Below, piece after piece: positions 9,026 to 15,059 of a stretch of DNA of 35,948 nt. The notes beneath the pieces are model-generated. The model was not told the origin of the DNA. It ran no database searches and worked only from the letters and a program-made list of their open reading frames with translations. This stretch comes from a virus. The translations under genes were made by a program, and so were the position numbers. Within the stretch, counting starts at the first letter, position 1, and each line of letters starts with the position of its first letter. The stretch covers positions 1 to 35,948 of IMG/VR virus record IMGVR_UViG_3300029588_000018; one strand, given 5' to 3'.

Positions 9026-9252
9026 TACGACAAGCAGGATTGATGCTTCCTAGAAAAGAATACAAGGAGCCTTTATACAGGTTAAGACAAAATGAATACT
9101 GTATATTGCTGATGTTTGAAGGAGAACCTGGCAATAAGTCGATTAGAAGGTATGCAGCTTTATCGGACCTGAAGAAACAAGGATTTTTAAAAAATGTTCC
9201 TGTTGATATAGCTATCAATGAAATATTAAGAAATTGTGAGGTAATCGAATAA
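9022..9252 (+). CDS. hypothetical small protein
   Basis: 76 aa, ATGA overlap with the upstream gene. C-terminus is LRNCEVIE. Confidence 0.45.
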   Translation: MIRQAGLMLPRKEYKEPLYRLRQNEYCILLMFEGEPGNKSIRRYAALSDLKKQGFLKNVPVDIAINEILRNCEVIE

Positions 9253-9485
9253 TGCGTAAAGCTAGATTATTATATTTAGTTGATAAATACGAAAATGAAT
9301 TGATTAGCAGTACTGGTAAGCACAAAGAAGATTACATCGGTCAAGTTGGTAATGTTACGCACAAACAAAACATATGTGTGCTTGTTGGCACAACTAGATA
9401 TTTGTACGACATCGAATTTAATGATGGTGCTAGGTTTTGTGTTGATAGAGAACAAATTGAGTTTGTAAAGGAGAATAGTCGATGA
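9252..9485 (+). CDS. hypothetical small protein
   Basis: 77 aa, TAATG overlap with the upstream gene. Confidence 0.45.
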   Translation: MRKARLLYLVDKYENELISSTGKHKEDYIGQVGNVTHKQNICVLVGTTRYLYDIEFNDGARFCVDREQIEFVKENSR

Positions 9486-9778
9486 GCGGTGGACATTATA
9501 ATTATATGTATTGTCGAATTGAGGATGAATATGTTGATAGAATGTATGATTCTCAATTAAATGAAATGATGAAAGATTTGTGTAAGTTGTTACACGATTT
9601 AGAGTGGTGGAAGTCATGCGATTATAGTGAGGACACTTATCGTAGAACAGTTACTGAATTTAAAAAGAAGTGGTTTAAACAAACTAAGATTGATGTACAA
9701 AAGCAAATCGAATCAAAGTTTGAGCAAACAAAAGATGAGCTGCTAAAAGAGTTTGAGTATTTAAAGGGTGATGAATAA
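9482..9778 (+). CDS. hypothetical small protein
   Basis: 98 aa, ATGA overlap with the upstream gene. Confidence 0.5.
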   Translation: MSGGHYNYMYCRIEDEYVDRMYDSQLNEMMKDLCKLLHDLEWWKSCDYSEDTYRRTVTEFKKKWFKQTKIDVQKQIESKFEQTKDELLKEFEYLKGDE

Positions 9779-10050
9779 TGAGCGCAACAGAATATGATAT
9801 TCACGATGAATTAATTCAAAATGAGTGTATTAGATTACATACTCACTTTAAGGATAGAATCTTACAAGAAAAAGATTTCTTTGAATTAAATAATGCAGTA
9901 TTAAGAATCACTGAATACATCGTCAAACTTGAAAGAGAAAATTGTGGATTAAAAGAATATAAGAAACACCAGGAAAGAGCAAACGAAAGAAGATATCGTA
10001 GTGGGGAAGAGTCTTGGCATAGAGGGTCAGTTGTCGCAAAGAAGAAGTAG
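9778..10050 (+). CDS. hypothetical small protein
   Basis: 90 aa, TAATG overlap with the upstream gene. Confidence 0.45.
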   Translation: MSATEYDIHDELIQNECIRLHTHFKDRILQEKDFFELNNAVLRITEYIVKLERENCGLKEYKKHQERANERRYRSGEESWHRGSVVAKKK

Positions 10051-10059
10051 GTGGACAAA

Positions 10060-10488
10060 ATGAACAAATTAAAAGTAAATCAAATGTTGAATGATTTGAA
10101 GTCGGCAAACTATTGCTGCCATCGAATTATTGAATTGAACGAGGAACTTGAGGTTCTGAATCATAAAATGTTAGGACTAAGCCATAATCCAATTAGGTTG
10201 ACAAAGGAGCAGGAGAAATCCAGTGCTCCTATGCCGACCTTTCATGGTTCTTATACAAGTCCTTTAGGGATGATGGAAGAAGAAACTTTAAAAGTGGAAG
10301 AAATAAATTATTATCGAAGACGTTTAAATGAATGCAGAGCAATCGAGCTTTTATCTTTGCGTGATCAGAATATATTATTTGATCTATACTTCTGGAATAT
10401 GAATACATATGATGTAGCCGATAAATATGGATATTCTAGAAAAGGGTTATGGAAACATATAAGAAATGAGATACACAGTTTAGTGTAA
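10060..10488 (+). CDS. ArpU-family / sigma-70 region-4-like late transcriptional regulator
   Basis: About 142 aa and the last gene of the early operon. The C-terminal LSLRDQNILFDLYFWNMNTYDVADKYGYSRKGLWKHIRNEI looks like a sigma region-4 HTH. ATG 10060 follows AGGTGG, and the ORF-track GTG at 10051 is an alternative start. Confidence 0.55.
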   Translation: MNKLKVNQMLNDLKSANYCCHRIIELNEELEVLNHKMLGLSHNPIRLTKEQEKSSAPMPTFHGSYTSPLGMMEEETLKVEEINYYRRRLNECRAIELLSLRDQNILFDLYFWNMNTYDVADKYGYSRKGLWKHIRNEIHSLV

Positions 10489-10489
10489 A

Positions 10490-10560
10490 AAAGTTAACCC
10501 ATGCAAAGTTAAAATAATAACTTTAAAAAGTTGACATATTAATTTTTTATGAGATAATAT
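10490..10560 (+). promoter_or_regulatory. strong sigma-A promoter with overlapping operator-like repeats
   Basis: TTGACA at 10531-10536 with GATAAT/TAATAT at 10553-10560. AAAGTTRA occurs three times (10490, 10505, 10527). The inverted repeats AAAGTTA(10505-10511)/TAACTTT(10518-10524) and AACTTT(10519-10524)/AAAGTT(10527-10532) overlap the -35 box. Confidence 0.55.
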
Positions 10561-10595
10561 CTATGGACATTGAGAAATGATAGGAGGACTGCTTT

Positions 10596-10949
10596 ATGCT
10601 TACAGCGTTTGGGAAGGAAGTCAGAAAAATTCGTTTAGATCGAGGAGAACTATTAAAAACAATGGCGGATAGTTTAGGTGTGAAATCATCGTATTTATCT
10701 GCGATTGAGCATGGAAAAAAAGCAATTCCAAAATCTTTTATTAGTTCATTAACTTCTTTATACAGTCTTTCACAGAATGAGATAGAAAATCTGGAAAAAG
10801 CAGCGGATTTATCTAAACAGAACGTGAATATAAATCTGATTGGGAAAGATGCTGATTTAGCGGGCTTAGCCAATGCTTTTGCTCGAAAGTTTGATTCATT
10901 AACAGAGAATCAAATCAAAGCTATTGAAAAAGTATTAAAGGAGGATTAG
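10596..10949 (+). CDS. XRE-family helix-turn-helix transcriptional regulator
   Basis: FGKEVRKIRLDRGELLKTMADSLGVKSSYLSAIEHGKKAIP is a canonical XRE/Cro-CI HTH. RBS is TAGGAGGA. Confidence 0.85.
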   Translation: MLTAFGKEVRKIRLDRGELLKTMADSLGVKSSYLSAIEHGKKAIPKSFISSLTSLYSLSQNEIENLEKAADLSKQNVNINLIGKDADLAGLANAFARKFDSLTENQIKAIEKVLKED

Positions 10950-11474
10950 TTGCTTATGAGTACAATGTGCCAGGCGGATGGTTTGTCAAGAAATGAGATT
11001 CGATTAATTGCTAAAAGACTTAGAAAAATTTTCAATATTAAGGGATATTGTTTTCCGATAGTTAAGTTTCTTGATGTTGTGTTGCCAACAATTGATGAAG
11101 AATTTTCTCTGAGTATTGTTGAGCCAGATGAAATCACACCTGGACATTACGCTATAACATATCCTGATACTCATGAGATGGTAGTGCGGTCAGACGTTTA
11201 CGAAAAAGCAATTAATGGAGACGGGAGATCTAGATTCACGTTAGCGCATGAATTGTTTCATTACCTTTTTCATACGGCGAATCACATTTGTTTTGCAAGA
11301 GCAAACGAAGAAATTCCGTTCTATATAAACCCGGAATGGCAAGCAAATACATTTGCAGCTGAGCTTTTAGTTCCTATGGATTTAGTAAAAAATATGAGTG
11401 CAAATGATATCGTGAAAAATTGTAAAGTATCTTGGCAATGTGCAAAGATACAAGTTGAAAATTTTAAAAAATAG
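10950..11474 (+). CDS. ImmA/IrrE-family (COG2856, DUF955) zinc metallopeptidase
   Basis: HEXXH motif in FTLAHELFHYLFH, with a downstream E in EWQANTFAAELLVP. It is directly coupled to the XRE gene. The start is either TTG 10950 or the in-frame ATG 10956. Confidence 0.85.
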   Translation: MLMSTMCQADGLSRNEIRLIAKRLRKIFNIKGYCFPIVKFLDVVLPTIDEEFSLSIVEPDEITPGHYAITYPDTHEMVVRSDVYEKAINGDGRSRFTLAHELFHYLFHTANHICFARANEEIPFYINPEWQANTFAAELLVPMDLVKNMSANDIVKNCKVSWQCAKIQVENFKK

Positions 11475-11512
11475 ACTATATTGAATGTTCAGCTTTTTTT
11501 GAACATTGAATA

Positions 11513-11543
11513 TAAAAAAAGAATCAAGCTGCAACTTGATTCT
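11513..11543 (-). terminator. rho-independent terminator oriented for the minus strand
   Basis: Perfect 9-bp stem AGAATCAAG/CTTGATTCT (11520-11543). On the + strand it is preceded by A7, which is a U7 tail on the minus strand. There is no U-tract on the + side. Confidence 0.45.
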
Positions 11544-11617
11544 AAAATCTTGAGATGAGCACACAAAATGCGGCTAAACTCTTCAATAGATCAATTGAAT
11601 TGTATCATTTTGCGACG

Positions 11618-11641
11618 CTCCTTTCAAGATTGTGAAAGGAG
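11618..11641 (+). promoter_or_regulatory. hairpin sequestering the RBS of the 44-aa ORF
   Basis: Perfect 9-bp stem CTCCTTTCA/TGAAAGGAG with a 6-nt loop. The 3' arm contains most of the AAGGAGG RBS (11636-11642) of the ORF starting at 11651. Confidence 0.4.
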
Positions 11642-11650
11642 GAATGTAAT

Positions 11651-11785
11651 ATGAAGCAACAAAAAGTTATTTTTTGTACTCACTTTACACGTGATGGCGT
11701 AACGTATTACGCAAAAGATTACGGTAAGAAAGCTTTTAGATTTTATGTTGACCCGAAATCAAACAAGATTAACTATACAATCTAA
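11651..11785 (+). CDS. hypothetical 44-aa protein (not in the ORF track)
   Basis: MKQQKVIFCTHFTRDGVTYYAKDYGKKAFRFYVDPKSNKINYTI. A strong RBS lies 8 nt upstream. The peptide is not hydrophobic. Confidence 0.4.
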   Translation: MKQQKVIFCTHFTRDGVTYYAKDYGKKAFRFYVDPKSNKINYTI

Positions 11786-11904
11786 TTAGAATAATATTAT
11801 ATATAAAGAATAAGTCCATATATATAGCCGGTAAATGGGCTTTTATTATATTGGTGCACACTGTGTACTTGAATAAGTGGTAAACTAATATCATAAGAAA
11901 TTAT

Positions 11905-11930
11905 GTCAAGACAGAGGTCTTGGCTTTTTT
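11905..11930 (+). terminator. rho-independent terminator or attenuator immediately upstream of the DUF4417-like gene
   Basis: GTCAAGAC/GTCTTGGC stem (one G-U pair) with an AGAG loop, followed by T6. The RBS of the next gene starts about 10 nt later. Confidence 0.55.
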
Positions 11931-11951
11931 ATGCAAGAAAGGAGGTGTTCT

Positions 11952-12590
11952 ATGCCAGGAAGAGAACTAACAATCAAAAAATACAATCTAGATTTATATG
12001 ATCCATATGAAGCAGACGGTCCATTTGAAATGCCAGTAATTAAAAAGACACTTCATATTCCTAATGAGTTAATTGGATTCAATGAAGCAATTTCTTCAAA
12101 GAATTATCAATCTGGAATTCATATGTTTATTGATGATTATCAGTTTGAGCGCATTTGGAACACTCCTGAACGATATGTGAATGTTTTAAAACAGTATGAC
12201 TGTGTTCTTACACCAGACTTTTCTCTTTACATGGATATGCCTAGAGCTATGAAAGTATGGAACATATATAGAAGCAGACTTATTGGGCAATATCTTCAGA
12301 GTCAAGGAATATGTGTTATTCCAACAGTTTCATGGGCCGAAAGAGAAACATACACATTCTGTTTTGATGGTATAGAACCAGGAGGAGTTGTAGCAATCTC
12401 AACTATTGGATGTATCAAGGATGAATATGCAAGATCAATTTGGGAAGATGGTGTAGATTACATGATTGATAAGCTTAAACCCACTGCAATTCTAATTTAT
12501 GGCCAATCTATTGAACATGATTTCAAAGGCACAAAAGTTATTTATTATAAAAATAAAGTAATAGAGAGGGCAAGAAAACATGGGCGGTAG
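11952..12590 (+). CDS. DUF4417-like protein of unknown function
   Basis: GIHMFIDDYQFERIWNTPERYVNVLKQYDCVLTPDFSLYMDMPRAMKVWNIYRSRLIGQYLQSQGICVIPTVSW matches my memory of the DUF4417 family. ATG 11952 follows AAAGGAGGTG. The ORF-track start at 11931 lies just past the terminator U-tract and is unlikely. Confidence 0.75.
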   Translation: MPGRELTIKKYNLDLYDPYEADGPFEMPVIKKTLHIPNELIGFNEAISSKNYQSGIHMFIDDYQFERIWNTPERYVNVLKQYDCVLTPDFSLYMDMPRAMKVWNIYRSRLIGQYLQSQGICVIPTVSWAERETYTFCFDGIEPGGVVAISTIGCIKDEYARSIWEDGVDYMIDKLKPTAILIYGQSIEHDFKGTKVIYYKNKVIERARKHGR

Positions 12591-12978
12591 AGGAGCAAGC
12601 AGTGGTGTCAGTGACAGTGGAAAACCTTATGGGAGTGAATACAATACGGTTTATCATAGCGGTAATATTAAATTTGTGAAGCAAGCCAATGCTAGTAATG
12701 CAAAAGCTCCGATGGAAACGATGACCAGAGGGCGAGTATATGCCACAGTAAATGATAAAGATGAAATTTCATCAATTTCTTATTATGACAATTCAAATAA
12801 ACGTACAAAACAGATTGATTTAACACATGATCATCAAAATATGAAGCCACATACTCATCATGGTTATTATCATTCTGAACGTGACGGGAAAAAAGGTGCC
12901 ACAAACTTGACTGCAGAGGAAAGGAAAATGGTTGACCGTGTAAAACGGTTATGGTTAAATAAAAATAAGAAAAGGTAG
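12580..12978 (+). CDS. hypothetical protein with MGGRG N-terminus and His-rich segment
   Basis: 132 aa, and its start overlaps the DUF4417-like gene by 11 nt. Sequence landmarks are MGGRGASSG..., THDHQNMKPHTHHGYYH, and the C-terminal ERKMVDRVKRLW. Confidence 0.65.
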   Translation: MGGRGASSGVSDSGKPYGSEYNTVYHSGNIKFVKQANASNAKAPMETMTRGRVYATVNDKDEISSISYYDNSNKRTKQIDLTHDHQNMKPHTHHGYYHSERDGKKGATNLTAEERKMVDRVKRLWLNKNKKR

Positions 12979-13108
12979 TCGTATAGGGGTGATTACACTT
13001 TGATGCATGCATATCACAAAACGATATGCACTGAGGAAACCTCCGTTCGAATCGGAGCGCCTTTTCGATTTGTTAAAAAATATCAGTTTAAATTTTAAAC
13101 GCTATCTA

Positions 13109-13139
13109 AGCATCTTGTTAATTCAAGGTGCTTTTTTTA
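13109..13139 (+). terminator. rho-independent terminator
   Basis: AGCATCTTG/CAAGGTGCT stem (one G-U pair) with a 6-nt loop, followed by T7. Confidence 0.7.
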
Positions 13140-13164
13140 TACATGAATAAGGAGGAAATATTAT

Positions 13165-13506
13165 ATGGGTGGAAGAGGCCAATATGTAAATCGGGGGGGG
13201 ACAGTTGGTTTAACTGTTACCACAGGAGATGGAACTGTATTTGAGTATAGGCAAAAAGGGAAGAAAGTATTTTCTTTTTCCGGTGCATCATTTGCTGATA
13301 GTGGAAGTAGGGAAATTCCTAGGACCTTATCCGATATAGCTTCTAGGGCAAAATCTATGGGTTATAAAGTACAAAAGCTTACAAGCCGAGATTTAGCTAA
13401 TAAAGATTCAGAACAACGTCGTCGAAAAAGACAAATAGCAAAAGAAGTGGATCGATTGTGGGTAAGAGGAGCTGGCTCACCAAGAAAAGGATGGAAAGGG
13501 CATTAA
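13165..13506 (+). CDS. hypothetical protein, divergent paralogue of the 12580..12978 product
   Basis: 113 aa. It shares the N-terminal MGGRG and the C-terminal basic block with VDRLW. AAGGAGG lies 9 nt upstream. Confidence 0.6.
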   Translation: MGGRGQYVNRGGTVGLTVTTGDGTVFEYRQKGKKVFSFSGASFADSGSREIPRTLSDIASRAKSMGYKVQKLTSRDLANKDSEQRRRKRQIAKEVDRLWVRGAGSPRKGWKGH

Positions 13507-13519
13507 GACAGATATTTAA

Positions 13520-14008
13520 TTTCAAACCGGAACACCAGCCCCGAAAGGAATCCCGGACCTTTGGAGCCAGATATATTTGATTGACCAGGGAGAAAGATTA
13601 GGTCGAACGCTAACTCAGTTTCGAGAAAGGTATCTAATTCCAGAAAGAAGAAACGGGATGATCGTATACGATTGGAAGCCAAGACCAGACGCAGAGGAAA
13701 AAATATACAAGAAAATAGGTGACGTATGCATGAGTCTGGATCAGGCAGACTGCGCCAAACTTCCACCGGTTCAGTACTTAAAAAAATCAATCGAACTACC
13801 TCAAAAAGTGATGACAGAATACCACGCTTTCAAACGTGAGAAGGTTCTGGAACTAGATAACAACGAATCATTGCTAGCAGCCAACGCTGGAGTGCTATGC
13901 GGTCAGCTTCTACAGATGACATCAGGAGAAATCTATAAACGTGATCAGCTAGGAAACAAGCTCGAAGAAGTAACAACCCTTCATGCAGCTAAACTTGAGG
14001 CACAATAG
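13520..14008 (+). pseudogene. internal fragment of a phage SNF2-family helicase gene
   Basis: The open frame reads TGTPAPKGIPDLWSQIYLIDQGERLGRTLTQFRERY...LLAANAGVLCGQLLQMTSGEIY, which matches helicase motif III through the inter-lobe region of phage SNF2 helicases. There is no N-terminal ATPase motif I/II and no C-terminal lobe. The frame opens right after a stop at 13517-13519. Confidence 0.7.
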
Positions 14009-14329
14009 ACGAGGACATGCTGGATGCACTAGAACACAAGAACATAACACAAAAAGCTAAAGAGTTCCCACTGTGTACCACTTTAAAGTGGTATATTAGT
14101 ACTTGTAAAAGAGGACCGATAGAAAAGGGCCCCCTTTTCTTTTACCCGGAGCGTCCTCCTTTATAAAAAACGAGTGCTTATAATCAATGTCAACAGCAGC
14201 TACGACAAATCACGGAATTAATCTTATTTTTCTTTTCAGCGCTCCGGGTAATCATAGACAACAAAGAAGCAGACACAGCTTCTTTTTTAATACAACAGAG
14301 GTGAACACACATGAACATTACAGACATAA

Positions 14330-14566
14330 GAACATCCAACCATGAAACCAATTCCACTGATTGCAAGACAGACCAAGCCACGCAGCCGAACTGGAGAAAA
14401 CGTATTGGACCTATTCGGAGGTTCAGGCTCCACGCTTATGGCTTGCGAACAGCTAGGACGGAGGTGCTTCATGATGGAGTATGATCCACACTATGCCGAT
14501 GTAATTATCAAGCGCTGGGAAGATTACACCGGAGAACAGGCGGAGCTGATATCAGATGCCCGCTAA
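14330..14566 (+). pseudogene. C-terminal fragment of an N4/N6 DNA methyltransferase gene
   Basis: The frame reads EHPTMKPIPLIARQ...VLDLFGGSGSTLMACEQLGRRCFMMEYDPHYADVIIKRWEDYTG (HPTxKP and the AdoMet motif FGGSGST). It opens directly after a stop at 14327-14329, and the catalytic DPPY part is missing. Confidence 0.7.
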
Positions 14567-15059
14567 GGGATTAGCTGGACGTACAAAAAGCGAAGCGGCC
14601 AGACAGCGCAAAGACCCAATGCAAAACCTGAAGCCGTTCACGAAAGAGAACGCTGCAGAGATGGGACGCAAAGGCGGAGCCGCAAGCCAGAAAGTCCAGA
14701 AAAAGAAAAAGAAGCTGAAACAATGCCTGGCCGCAATCCTAGAGTTGGAGCCAAGCGAAAGAAATAAAGAGAAGCTGATCGACATGGGATTAGAAGATGA
14801 TGAGCTCAGCAATCAAATGCTTTTAGCCGCAACCATGTTCAACAAAGCCACACGCGGAGACGTAAGGGCTGCAGAATTCATTCGAGACCTTACAGGACAG
14901 CAACCAGTCACAAGTCTAGACAGAGCCCGAACGAAGCTGATGAACGCACAAGCCGAACAGATCAAGAGACAAGGAGACCCTTCTAAAGAGATTACGAAAC
15001 TGGATCTTTTATTAAAAGCTATGGACACAGTAGCCGGAGACAACAGTGGAACTGACTGA
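14556..15059 (+). CDS. terS: terminase small subunit
   Basis: 167-aa basic protein immediately upstream of, and overlapping, the large terminase gene. The N-terminal basic/HTH-like region reads NLKPFTKENAAEMGRKGGAASQK. Confidence 0.6.
   Translation: MPAKGLAGRTKSEAARQRKDPMQNLKPFTKENAAEMGRKGGAASQKVQKKKKKLKQCLAAILELEPSERNKEKLIDMGLEDDELSNQMLLAATMFNKATRGDVRAAEFIRDLTGQQPVTSLDRARTKLMNAQAEQIKRQGDPSKEITKLDLLLKAMDTVAGDNSGTD

Noticed and set aside
9276-9617. Minus-strand ORFs (113 and 71 aa) in the small-ORF region
   Set aside because: They lie antisense to a tightly coupled + strand gene chain. Their composition is the Ile/Asn/Phe/Thr-rich kind typical of AT-rich antisense frames, and they have no RBS.
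11382-11564. 60-aa minus-strand ORF at the end of the ImmA-like gene
   Set aside because: It overlaps the peptidase gene and both hairpins. It has no RBS and a low-complexity sequence. The minus-strand terminator here is more likely to serve a non-coding transcript.
13041-13057. tRNA-like T-arm (CTCCG-TTCGAAT-CGGAG), with a 7-8-bp hairpin upstream at 13008-13030
   Set aside because: No complementary acceptor stem, D-arm or canonical anticodon loop can be drawn (the loop is ACAAAAC on a 7-bp stem). These are most likely 3' UTR hairpins or a chance match to the TTCGAAT loop.
13503-13790. 95-aa minus-strand ORF across the SNF2 fragment
   Set aside because: The + frame here carries unmistakable SNF2 helicase sequence. 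The minus ORF is a shadow.
14190-14472. Two minus-strand ORFs (63 and 61 aa) in the scar region
   Set aside because: They overlap the recognisable methyltransferase remnant on the + strand and ORF-free junk. They have no RBS and no recognisable motif.
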